From NCBI GenBank assembly GCA_050084515.1, contig CM114271.1, forward strand, positions 19,158,001 through 19,222,000: a DNA stretch of 64,000 nt, written 5' to 3'. The position numbers and the translations under genes were made by a program. The stretch is from Blasia pusilla (taxonomy: Eukaryota). The notes under the pieces are model-generated. The model was not told the DNA's origin and did no database searches. It saw only the letters and a list, made by a program, of their open reading frames with translations. Below, in pieces: positions 52,401-64,000 of this stretch (position 1 is its first letter; each line of letters begins with the position of its first letter).

Positions 52401-52959
52401 TTCACTACTTTGAAACCCTTTGTAAAGGGTTTAGGCTCAAACGGTTTCAAGGGTTTCTGAGATTCAGAACCAATGAAAGGCTCCCAAAACTTCAACAAAG
52501 AGCGAGAGAGAGAGAGATACAAGAGTGCAACGTAAAACCCAAGTCCCCGACCCCTACTCCCTCGGGCCCCAACTCCCTAACTCCCGAGAGAATACAGAAA
52601 ATAAGCGGCGGCGATTAGGAGGAGAATGCGCAGTGTGTGCGGGTCTCCCCAACTCTCTCCCCACTCCCGAGTCCCAAAACCTGAGTCCTAATAGTAGGGA
52701 TGAGGCTTGGATGAGCGTCTCGAGACTGAGTGAGTTACACTCGCATGTCCAACTCCGGAAGTCAATGAGACACCGATTTCGTCCGATTTCTTCTTTTTCC
52801 ACTTTTTTTCAACACTGAAAGATGGAGCAGCGTGAATTAGGATCGAAAGCAGCAGAGCAATACAAAGATTGAGCGAACATAATAAGAATGAGCAATGGCC
52901 CAAGACAAGCAGAGAGTGCAAATACGCGCCACGACCATTCAGATTCAAGGAGGAGAGAG

Positions 52960-53830
52960 CAGAAATGAGGGAGGAGAGCTCCGATGAGTCCGATCCCTAG
53001 GCGCCCAAGACGACGAGCGAACAAGATAAGCATGAGACGGGTCAAGAACAGAGAGAGCAATCAAGAAAACTTCATAAGGTTGCAATGCGCCCAAGACAAG
53101 CACGGTCGACCGGGTCGACCCTAGCCTCCCTCTCTCCCCAAAGGCTCGACAGATCAGGATCCAAGGTCACCGACCATGGCAGGATTCAAGGAGAGGATGA
53201 GATGAGGGTGCTTGTCAGTCTTTGAGGGAGATTAACGAGAAGGCTGAAGCTCCGATGAGTCCGATCCCTAGGCGCCCAAGGCGACGACGAGCAGACGAGC
53301 AGGGCTGCAAGAGAAAGCACAGACTGCAAGAGAAAGCACAGACGCGAGTCATGCGGCCACGGGCAGAGAGCAGCCAGGGAGGAGAGAGCGAATTTGCTGC
53401 CAAAACTTCAGAAGGTTGCAAATGCCTCAAGCATGGTCGACCGGGCTCGACCCCTACTCCCCTGCCTCCCTCTCTCCGGACCAAGGCTCGGACAGGATCA
53501 GCATCCGAAGGTCACCGAAGCGGGCAGGCCTCGAGACAGAGAGCGCGATGAGGATGAGTCGATGAGGGTGCTTGTCTGTCTTTGCCGCAATGCCGAGAGA
53601 TTAACGAGAAGGCTGAAGCTCCGATGAGTCCGATCCCTAGGCGCCCAAGGCGACGACGAGCAGACGAGCAGGGCTGCAAGAGAAAGCACAGACGCGAGTC
53701 ACGCGGCCACGGGCAGAGAGCAGCCAGGGAGGAGAGAGCGAATTTACTGCCAAAACTTCAGAAGGTTGCAAATGCCTCGAGCAGGGTCGACCGGGCTCGA
53801 CCCCTACTCCCCTGCCTCCCTCTCTCCCGA
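52960..53830. repeat. Three degenerate tandem units (~270-370 bp) inside the hAT element
   Basis: gctccgatgagtccgatccctaggcgcccaag recurs at ~52978, ~53249 and ~53618, with shared downstream sequence. Confidence 0.88.
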
Positions 53831-56086
53831 CTCCTGACTCCCAAGTCCCGAAGTGCCAACTGCCGTCCGATGATTCCGATCATCCGCACCCTAGAAGGGA
53901 CGGCTGGATGAACCTGCACACTCCCCCCCTTGTCCACTACCCTCTTGACACCTGTCGGGCCCCGGCACCTCCTTCCCCCGGTCGGAAAATGCCTGGAAGT
54001 TTGAATACGTCCGGTTACACTGCCGGGAAAGTCCAACCGGCTTCGTCAAGCTGGCCGGCGTTCAAGACTTCAGGCAGCTCCCTGCCGGCGCTACCTCTTC
54101 CCTCTCCGGTTTTGTCCCCGGCCTAAAAGCTGGTCGTCGGTAAATCTTCATTTCTGCCGGCAGCCTTTACAAAGGATGCCGGTACTGTCCGAGCCTTGGT
54201 CCCAGGCTTCATTCACCTGGCCATTAATGGCACAGCTTGGTCGTAGGAAGGTGGAAGTCGGTTCAGAAAAGCTCCTCCCGGAATAGAAATCTGGAAGTCG
54301 AAAGCCATGTGTGATGTGTGTATTGGGAGAAATCGTACGACAAAAACTGAAGCAACAACAAATACGTGAGAACCTCCGAAGCCGTCACGTGGCTACTCCA
54401 ACGTCTCGAATCGAAGCTCTACCTACGATCGTCAGAGTTTCGTCCATCGCTCCAATCCGTCACGAATAGAAAATCTGTCCGTGGAGTTTCGAATGTCTCC
54501 TGCCGCTCCGTAGTCGAACGAAAGAGTAAATGTCCCAGCTCCGTTTTACATAGACCGGAGAGAAGGGACTCTCTCTCTCTCTCTCTCGATCGATCTCTAC
54601 CTGGGTGCATATATCGTCCCCACGATCGACACCGATCGACCAGTACGAGTTCGGAAGAAGAATCTGCATATGCCATTCGTGGGGCTCCAACGTTGGATAG
54701 TTCTTCACATTTCGCTCGATCCTGAAGATAAATGTCATCGCGGCAACCGAAATCCTGTCGCAAGCTAATTATAACAAAAGCCACTTGCTGCGCTCAGGAG
54801 ATCTAGAGCGAGCTTGGCGGGATGCACATGATGATGATAAGGGGCACCCGTGGAGCTATAAATATTATTTGTAAAGCGGGCTTGGGCAGTGGCTCCAAGA
54901 CTTTCCAACCTTTCGAAGGGCACGCGCGCGTGCAGCATCGATCGATCGATCGGAGCCCCTCGATCGCTCCAGTGCTCGCGTCTAGCCAGTGGTGCACTGT
55001 AGAGCATCGAATAATCTCGATTGTGAGATTCACAAGTTATCAGCAACGGGTCGCTTAAAATACGAGATTCTTCCTCTTGGGATTGGGAACCAGATCGAAC
55101 GCACGATATCGATCGAAGCCTCTCTGCTTCAGCATTCGCGATCGAGTTCCACATCTCTACCACTCCGGGCTTCCCCCTCCAAGCAAGGCTACTCACTGCC
55201 TCCGTCTGTGTGCGAATATTCCGCAACCCCTCGTGCTCTCCGATCTTCGAACAGGTTCCCATCGATCATTACCTATATATATATATACAGGCTGACATCT
55301 AATTTTACAAAGCTCTAAACCAGAGAGAAACAAACGATCTGGCCAAGTCGACATACACCTAGCCGCCACAGGCCGCACCTGTCGAAGCTTTTCCTGCTGT
55401 CTCGCAAGCGAATGAGTTCAGCTCCAGCAGGTGGCTGGTGCATATATGCAGACCGTGCTTGCTTGGAGTTGGGGATCGCGCATCGAACAGTTACTTCACT
55501 CGCCGCCTTTCGTTCGACATTCAAAATTCAATTTCGGTCTTCCTGCAGCTGCAGCGTCCGGGCCATCGAGGTCCGCTTGCGTGGGGCTCGAAGCTACAGG
55601 TAGTTCGGGAGCTGAAAGTGCTCGAGCTTTACAGAGCATGACCGTGAAGCAGCAACTATATTTACATCCGTCGATATCGATACGAACGAGTACCCCACGA
55701 GTTCCCGGTCATTTTCCTGTTCCCATATTCAAATATACCAATTCGACACTCTGTTTTTCCGACGCTTCATTCACTCTTCGGTAATCGGGGATTCGTCAAT
55801 TCTGACTGTGTATCTTCGAAGCTAGACCCGTGGGAGTCGAGCTCGAAGTGCCACTGGATGTTTGGATCCGTACGTGCGGAGAGCTCCATCTGTAAACGGT
55901 TCGAAATTCTGAGCGTCTAGAATTGGGTCGAAGTGTACACGAGCGCGCTCGCCTTCAGCTTCTTCCGGTGCGGGCCTCGATAACGCTCGCGGGAGAGCGA
56001 ATTAGCCGGTCTGGATCAGACAGACGGGGCTCGGAAGCTCGTCGATCGTCCGAACGAAAGCAAGCTGCGCGGGTGATCGGTCGAAC

Positions 56087-59000
56087 ATGCCAATGGCGAT
56101 AATCGAGCGGAGGAGGAGAGCTCACATCCTGCTGGTGCCATTGTCGTCGATCGGGCACTTCAAGCCGTTTCTGCAGCTGCTGTACTATCTCAAGGACAGC
56201 CGCTACAGGGATGTTGTGGTGACGGTCATAGCGAACAAGTCGCGCGCAGAAGAGCTGTCGAAGCTGCAGTCGAGCGGCGAGTTCGAGGGGCTCGATTTAC
56301 GATTGGAAGCTGCTTTGGGGGAAATTCCGGTCTTTCCTGATCCCCTCTTTCCGGTCAGAGCGGCGTCGATCAGTGAAGCCATCGAGCGCGACTTCGAGCC
56401 TATCAAGAGGAGGCTGCTGCAGGAGCGAAACGCTTTCGAAGCTCCGACTTGTATCATCGGGGACATGCTGTTCGACTGGCTACAGGTTTGTAGCCGATTC
56501 AGGACTGCCTTTTCGTAGTTCGATTCCTATTTGTGCGTGCGCGATCAGTTTCCGAAGAGTGATGGATCGAGTTTTCGAGCGCTTGAATGATTTTGAAGCA
56601 GCTACTCGGGCCTCGCGTATGAAATCCAAGCTCCATCAGTGTCCGCACAGGTATAGCAGTACGCTTTGCGCAGCTGGAGTACCAGAGCATTGAGTGTCGA
56701 ATTCATTCGCTTACGAGAGTCCGAATTGCGCTTCTGTGCGGATAGAAGTACGTGCTGCAGGGTGGCAGACATCGGATGCACCTTCCGAATCAATCCCCTA
56801 TATAAAAACCCCTACCACGTCCATCAGTCGAACGCCACCAGCGGTTTGATGAACCAGGGCATCGCACAGCTTCACGGAGCCTCACGTTCATCCATCCTCG
56901 ATCGCTTCTGCTCCAGATTTACACCGCCATGTTCGAGCAGGATCTCCGAATCTCAAACGGCTAACAAGGGACTCAATACATTCTATTCCAGTCGATCGCA
57001 TACGATCCCTTGCCTCGTCGATTTCCACTCGAAATTTTCCTGATCCACCCGTCCATCTGTGGTATGCAGGAAATAGCTCACGAGTTGGGGATTTCTTGGT
57101 TCCCCTTGTACTCATGTGGGCCGTCGTTCGGGCTGAGCATCCTGGAGCTGCCCACGCTGATAAGCAAGGGGCTGACCCCCCGAAATCCAGGCAAACTGAA
57201 CGAAAACGTCACCCTTCCCGGCCTCACATACGGTCGAGTACGGGATTTGACCACAGAGCTATTCGAGTACTCCGAGTACTTCGCTCTGCACCTCCAACAC
57301 TTGAAAAGGGCGACTGCAGTGCTGGTGAACACGGCAGAGGAGCTGGACGCGCAGTCGGGATCGGTCATTGCACTTCGGACGCAGCTCAAGCTCATGGCTC
57401 TCGCTGAAAACCGTGAGGTATTGGCTCATTCTTCAGAACTCGCGATTGGTGCATCGATTGCTCAGGACTCTCTGTCGATAGATCGATCCCCTGACTTGTC
57501 GAAGTAGAGCTATGCCATTCATCTGCACTTCTGAAGTCGTCACTGCTGTATTCATGGAATTAGTACAGATTCGCTCTAGATATTGTTCAGTAGATCATGT
57601 CTCACGGAGCTACTGGGCAGAGTAATCGGGTTCGAGCTCAACGACGGGAGTGAGTTTGGAATTCTGGTCCATTCAGCTCAAAAAAAGGCTAGACAAGATG
57701 GACTTGATACGAATCTCCACGATGCGTTCCAGCTTTTGACAGATTCTACTCCCCCCCCTCCAACCCTTAGAGAGCATCCCATTTCTGGTTCGATTCCGCA
57801 CCGAGGGCCCATCACGAACGCACACACACGTTGATGCATCCATACAGACTGGATTCGCCTCCGACACTGATCGAACAGGAATTTCATCGTTGTGTAGGCA
57901 TGAAGATGTTGAAACTCGAAATCTTCCAGAGTCCCGAATACTAATGAAGCCCTTGAGTTCTCAGTTTCTTCCTCGTTCGTGACTTCCGCTGGCATCTTTG
58001 ATCGATCCATTAACGAATGCAGTTCTTGGAATGTGCGGTGGAGCAGGTGCCCAGGGTGTTGACTGTGGGGCCGATGATAACGATGGGCGGATTCACGAGC
58101 GAGCCCAGCAGTTCGATCCAGGCAGCGCAAGGGTCCGAGTGTTTGCAATGGCTGGACAAGAGAGCTGCAGAATCGGTGCTGTATGTGTGCTTTGGAAGCC
58201 ATTGCAACATCACCCACAAGTCCATGTACGAGTTGGCATGCGCCCTGGAGGCCAGTGGAGTGTCGTTCTTGTGGGTCATAAGAATGCCATCGACGAACGC
58301 CACTGCTACGTCCAGCATCTCCAATGTGCTGCCCAGGGATTTCGAGGCACGGATGAAAGGGCGAGGCTTCATCGAAACTCGTTGGGCCCCGCAGTCGGCC
58401 ATTCTCAAGCACCCTGCCACCGGTGGATTTCTGTCCCACTGCGGTTGGAACTCCACCTTGGAAGGAATATGCACCGGAGTCCCGTTTATAACGTGGCCCA
58501 TCAATGCTGAGCAGCCATTCAACGCCAGGTCAGTCGTGCATATTTACATAATCGTGTCATTTGGTCGCTCCCCCTTCGACTCCGGTTATTATACACTCCA
58601 TGGATGCATCCGAAACCCTGCACCCACATTCGTTTCGTCTATGGAGACTCCAAACGCACTCCGATTCGGGAAATAATTCTTTCATGCGTATGCAATATTT
58701 ATAAAGTACGGATACTTTCTGTTCTAGGTAGAGACGTTTGTCGGTCGATCGATGAAGCGAAACTGGATCCTGACGCACGGGGTCGTAGGATTCGAAAGCA
58801 GGGTCAAAGCCAAGTGTAACATGAGATGTGGATTTCTGGTGCAGATTCATCACGCATGGAGTGAAGGTGGGGGTACCAGTATCGACGAGAGAGTCAGAAG
58901 TCGGGGGATATCTCGCAGTGGGCAGAGACGAGATAGAGAAGGCCGTGAGACAGCTGATGTTGGGAGAGGAGGGCAAGGAAGCCAGAAGAAGAAGCCAAAG

Positions 59001-59115
59001 GTTGAAGAAGGCAGCTGCAGCGTCTGTGGCAGAGGGAGGGGCGTCCTACAATGCTCTGCATTCATTTCTCAATGAGATCTCCACCTTCAGCTCAAACTTG
59101 CCCCGTTTTCAATAA
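56087..59115 (+). CDS. Family 1 UDP-glycosyltransferase (plant secondary-product UGT), 4 exons: 56087-56485, 57070-57417, 58047-58528, 58845-59115; 499 aa
   Basis: N-terminal HILLVPLSSIGHFKPF (catalytic His), PTCIIGDMLFDW, VLVNTAEELD, WLD..SVLYVCFGS, and PSPG box WAPQSAILKHPATGGFLSHCGWNSTLEGICTGVPFITWPINAEQ; C-terminal EGGASYNAL. GT-AG introns in phases 0,0,2 give an open 1500-nt CDS. Confidence 0.93.
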
Positions 59116-59226
59116 TAGCATCTATCGATCGACTCGTCGATGATGCGCGTGTACAGAATTGTTTAGGTCCAGGTAGATCTACTTCGAACGAGGCACCAAA
59201 TTGGCCCAGCTCCATCCCTTTCACTC

Positions 59227-59600
59227 ACAAGTTCGATTACATTCTCGAGTTTCATCGATTGTAGCTCACAAGTTCGATTACATTCTCGGGTTTTGATCGA
59301 TTGAAGCTCATAAAGTGCGATTGTATTCTCGAGTTTTGATCGATCGAAGCTCAGAAGTTCGATTGTATTCTCGAGTATTGATCGATTGAAGCTCACAATT
59401 TCGATCTTATTCGTGAGTTTTGATCGATTGAAGGTCGCAATTTCGATTGTATTCTCGGGTTTTGATCGATTGAAGCTCACATATTCGATTGTATTCTCGC
59501 GTTTTGGACTATCGAAGTTCAGAAGTTCGCTTGTATTCTCGGGGTTTCCACCGATTTACGCTACCAGTTCGATCGTAGTCTCGGGTTTCGATCGGCTTAA
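59227..59600. repeat. Minisatellite, ~41-42 bp unit, ~9 copies
   Basis: Unit approx. aagttcgattgtattctcgagttttgatcgattgaagctcac, repeated with decay toward the right. Confidence 0.9.
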
Positions 59601-60569
59601 CCTCTTAGGGGACTAGACAGCCCAGCTGGGTCTCCAAACTCAAGTGTCTCCCCGAGCCCATAAACCTAGATTGCTATACCGAAACTCAACGATCTTCAAA
59701 TCACTTCCATGAAAAATGAAAGTGACTCCATGAATATATACTCATTCCCGTCCTCACCATCCTTTCCAGCTAATTTGAACGCTTATTAAGCATTACATTA
59801 CGGTTTGAGTAGACAATCAGTAGCATCCTTTGAAGAAAAAAAAGTAAAGAAAGCTTTAGGATTTACGTGAGATTTCGAAATGAAGTTAGTTCTCACGCTC
59901 TAAGCATACAGCATCGAACACTCATCTACTTTGTTGGGATCAGTGGAGCATTTGAAATAGAACTTCCCATTGAAAATCCATAGATTTTGTGCAATAAATG
60001 AGGTTTCATTCTAATAAGATGAAACCATCCTATTAGTCGAGTCCTTTGTAACTTGTGAGAGTGAGTGGGAATATGAGTCATTTTGAGAGTAGTGAAAAAC
60101 GAAAGGGGTCGAATGTTAGGAGGTATTTTATGGTTGAAAAGATAGGAGGGAAGGCTTTTAGGTGCCAATTATGGTGACCCAAACTTGTGCCATGGATGGG
60201 AAAGTCATTTTGATATAATTATTTTTTGTTTTCTTTCGTCAATCCTTGAATATTACCTTCACCAACTTATAAGAAAAAGACTTTACCATTCAATGCACAA
60301 GTGTGGCTTGCCAAACTAGGTGTTGGACAAGAAGAAATGAGAATATATAATAGTTTCTCTCCCCATTACCAACATATTATGGGCTTCCTAACAAAGTTTC
60401 CATATCCATCTTGGGTTCCATCAATGAAGTATGTATCCACAACATAAGTCTTTGGAAGTCTAACTTCACTCATCAAGATATTCATTTGTGCAAAATTTGA
60501 GATAACTAGTAAGGGAAAATGATAAAGTGTTTGAGGGCCAATATTATCAATAATGGTATTTTTTATCAC

Positions 60570-63500
60570 GATCCATCGGCGAATGTCGAGGTGGCATGAT
60601 GTCATGTGGATGGGTAGATGGGACTATTAGCAGCCGCTTACGATTACTTGTTAGTCATGTGGTGGAGCCCATCATCAGCGCGATTGAACTCGTCAAGGTC
60701 ATGGACGTGTGCCTCACCATGGTGGAGGAGATGGTGCTGCACCAAGAGGTTATCAGTATGACTATTGTCAAAGGTATGGTCACACACGCGCCAGGTGTTT
60801 CAGTTTACACCATGAGTTACGTCTGGACCGAGGGTCAGAGAGGGCACCAGAGCGAGTAACCGGTCCGTGTGGGCCTAGAGATCGTGCACCAGGTGGTCCT
60901 ATTGGGGGACGAGGAGCTGGAGTTGCCCAACAGGATGGTGGAGCTGCTCGTGGAGCAGGTAGAGTCCCACCACCTAGACACGTCAAGGGAGACTCCGGGC
61001 GTGAGGCTGGGATAGTTACTCAGATACAGCAGCTATAGGAGCAGATTGCTGCTATGGCATTGAGGTTACCCGATGCCGGATCCGTGGCATCGATATCATA
61101 TGGAGCAGCTAGAGATATGGAGGATCTTGGTTGGATATGCGGAGTTGCCCAGATGGAGGCCGCCAAAGTTGTGACGCGTGGAGCAGCCGTAGAGTTGGAT
61201 CCATAGCGAGGGGAAGCGAGGAAACAGACCAAACTTCCTCAGTCTTTCACGTTGTCCGAGGCAATGAGGACCCAATCGATGGGTCCTGATCGAGAGTTCC
61301 TGGAGAGTTGGTGATGTTGTTGGTGTGCAGGCACGGAGGGCGATGGGAGAAGAAAGTACGATGACTCCTATTGCTGATTCTCATGAGGGGCATGTGTCGA
61401 GCACGTTGTTGGGGGCGACCACCGTTGTGTAACATGCTCCTAAATTTTCTGCTTCCGATGTTATAACGTTGGGAGGTACGCCCGCTGAGGTTTTTTGGCT
61501 GGACGCTACGCTATGTGAGCGTGGAGTTGGAGTTCCTGCATCACGTTCAGAGGTGATTGCAGAAGAGGTGATGGACTTGCCCTTGGAGCTGATGCTCACG
61601 CCATCCACATCAGATTCATGGTAGGCTGTGGCTGCTAGGATGGCGAAGATGCCCGCTAGACCCGCGATAGAGCGTGCCATGGCTTCTTCTGGTGTTGTTT
61701 TGCTCGATAATCGGGGAGAGGTTTTCAAGTTGGTGAGTCCAGGAGGTAGAGCTTTTAGTCCGCAGTGCGTCTTGCTGGATTCAAGAGCGCAACCCATGAT
61801 GTTTGGAAAAGCGTCATTCAGAGGATTGGGCTTGACGAGAGCCGATGTAGAGCGTTGTCCATTCCGGATACAGACATCATTGGGTGGAGCAAGTACCACA
61901 CAATATATCACCCGATAGGAGGTCGTGGTGAGGATTTTCCTAGGACATCCTATAGATGACTCCGTGGTGCGAGCCAAGGCTTTAGTGATTGATGCAGAGT
62001 CCTATGACATCTTGGTTGGTGGAGCAATATTATACCCGATGGGGTTTTCCCTGGATTACTGGGAGGAGTTAGCATCCTACAGACCAGGATGGCAGTCAAG
62101 TGATTGGCGCCTTAGCTCATTACCCGTTTTATTCACAAGTGCAGTGATCGAGCGACGGCCAAGAGAGATGGCGACCTTAGCAGCATTTAGCAGTGCCATC
62201 ACTTGGCCTAGTGATTTGATTGATGGACATGTCCATACAGAGGATACTCCCGTTCCTGACATTTCTATGGAGAGGAGTGTCATGGTAGCCGCATCAGTCC
62301 GTGGAGGAGAGGTGCCGCTTTGGGGCTTGATTGAGGAGCTTCGACGCTTAGCCATTGAGCATGTGCAGACCGCGTGGAGCGAGACGTTTGCACTAGAGTG
62401 TGACAGGTCAGAGGAACCCCAGGTAGTCAGGGGGGCTGCTATGACATCTTTGGACACCACCCCGATTGTGTGGTGCATCCTAGAGGAGGGTATTTAGGTG
62501 TTGGATCACTTTGGAGGGATCAGCACTCGATTAGCTACTGTTTTGCACGCTAGAGTGCGCGTGCAGCAGTACCTGTATGTGGAGATTTATGATGTTGCGA
62601 GGCACGCTTCACTTCACCATGTGGCGCAGTTACGCCTCTGTTTTCCCGACTTGTTGTCTGCGTCCGCCATTCAGGGTTACCAGAGTTCCCTACTAAGGGA
62701 TATTTCATTGTTGGGGGCGCAGGACTTGGAGCGGGTAGGGACCATAGACTTGGTTATTGTTGGTTGGCCATGTCAGGGCCAATCGAGTGCTGGACGAGAT
62801 AGCGGGTTAGCTGACACTCGGTCCAGGTTGTTTTGGGAGATGACGCTGATCTTGCGACATTTATGGGAGCATCAACCTCATTCTCCATCATACATTTTGG
62901 AGAATGTGCCAATTTTGGGCGATTTGAGGTCCCGCGTGGTGACGAGTGCACATCAGGTGCGCGCATGGATCAGCTGGCAGTGTTCTTAGATGCGGCGAGT
63001 TTAGGTTCTAGAGCACACCGCCTGCATCTTTGGTGGACCAACTTGGTACCACATGAGGTGTTGCGGAGGGCTTGTGCGAGAGTGAAGCGTCCCTCCGATT
63101 TGTTGGTGGATTCTGTATTGGATCCGGGCGGTCGATCACAGGAAGTGAGGCATGATGATCGACCGCCGTTGACTATGGTCAAGAGGATTGGCATGCCACG
63201 AGTAACCTTTCCCACATTGGTGAGTTTTCCCGCTTTCTATGCATTCAAGGAGGCCGGATATGGCTTGGTTTGGGATGACCACATACAGAGGTTGGTGGAG
63301 CCCAACATTGATGAGCAAGAGCGAGCGATGGGATTCCCCACATGAGTGACGGTAGTACCGTCACTATTGGAGGCATCACGACGTCATGTCTTGGGGCAGG
63401 CAATGGACCTCAACTGCTTCACATGGATTTTCAGCTTAGGAGTAGCTGAGCAACGTCGTTTGAGGATTCGATAGATCACAAAAGTTGCGTTGGTGAGCCC

Positions 63501-64000
63501 CATGCCTACCGAGACGGTTGAGGCAGTGGCTGGGGGCGAGACCCGAGGAGATCGACACACCAGGGGTGATCGGGAGAGACACCCTTGGACTTCTTGGGAT
63601 TTTTTTTGCAAGTACGCCAGGAGATGGTAGCCACAGAATCGAGCGTGGTTTAGGGGTTCTGCAAATGGAGATCCGATTTTGCAATTGGCTGTAGGGGAGC
63701 AGTGAAGTTTTATTGTCCGAGACAGGGTTGCACCATAGCAACCACCAACACCCCCGCCGGAGAGTCCTACCGTAGTCATGATGGAGACTTGGGAGCCAGA
63801 TATGGGCCCTAAGTTGACAGGAGGAGAGCAGCCCCGGATACACCAGTTCCTTAGGAGTTATAGGAGTTGTTTTGCATTTAATATGCACGATTTGGGTACG
63901 GTGAAGGGTCAGAGATCCGTATTGAGTTGTAGAGTGACACGCTGATCTTCTGACCACCCTATAAGTATAGTGATATGGAGAGGGCTCTGATTCAGAGTAG
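60570..64000 (+). mobile_element. Gypsy family B copy 4 (5'-truncated; knuckles, protease, DNMT, start of RT; runs off the right edge)
   Basis: C*SCGGAHHQRD, YDYCQRYGHTRARC, protease VLLDSRAQPMMFG. Colinear with copy 2 15147-19500 without the solo LTR. Confidence 0.9.
62490..63450 (+). pseudogene. DNMT3-like C5 cytosine methyltransferase domain of copy 4 (best preserved)
   Basis: VLDHFGGIST (I), YLYVEIYD (II), DISLL (III), IDLVIVGWPCQGQS (IV), GLADTRSRLFWE (V), YILENVP (VI), AHRLHLWWTNL (VIII), EQERAMGFP (IX), RRHVLGQAMDL (X). Confidence 0.92.

Larger units (their letters stand above)
49592..54198 (-). mobile_element. hAT DNA transposon (ZNF862/DUF4371-type transposase)
   Basis: 15-bp TIRs cagggctcggacagt / actgtccgagccttg (1 mismatch) and perfect 8-bp TSD GTCCCAGG (49584-49591 / 54199-54206). 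Confidence 0.95.

Noticed and set aside
52500-55800. Many 60-165 aa ORFs
   Set aside because: They arise from GC-rich hAT tandem repeats and upstream non-coding DNA; low complexity, no domain signatures.
56795-56812. TATA-like ccccTATATAAAAacccc inside UGT intron 1
   Set aside because: No transcript evidence or downstream ORF to support an internal promoter.
57678-58522. Long antisense and alternative-frame ORFs over the UGT
   Set aside because: Shadow ORFs of a GC-rich exon with no recognisable motifs.
59227-59600. CRISPR array
   Set aside because: Head-to-tail degenerate units with no unique spacers, in a eukaryotic context with no cas genes.
62490-63450. Host DNMT3/DRM gene or bacterial restriction-modification methylase (contamination)
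   Set aside because: The domain is intronless, multicopy, and embedded at the same position after the retroviral-type protease in every copy, within a eukaryotic context with a spliced UGT.

Overview
This is eukaryotic nuclear DNA, most likely from a land plant; a bryophyte, lycophyte or fern is my inference, not proven. Nested, decayed transposons dominate, with one intact-looking host gene: a 4-exon family-1 UDP-glycosyltransferase at 56087-59115. The main signal is a Ty3/Gypsy-type retrotransposon family ('family B', five pieces in the window). Its polyprotein carries a complete DNMT3-like C5-cytosine methyltransferase domain between the aspartic protease and reverse transcriptase, and a C4HC3 PHD finger at the integrase C-terminus. 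The one copy with both ends (11219-23278, TSD GGTC) has split direct repeats (A ... B-A-B) instead of two ordinary LTRs, and no recognisable tRNA PBS. Other elements: a second Gypsy family ('family A', ~1.28 kb LTR, 4-bp TSDs centred on CpG), a Copia with TA..CA LTRs, a hAT element with TIRs and an 8-bp TSD, and probable MULE and CACTA remnants. All TE ORFs are interrupted by stops or frameshifts. About 36.6-49.5 kb is too decayed to annotate confidently.
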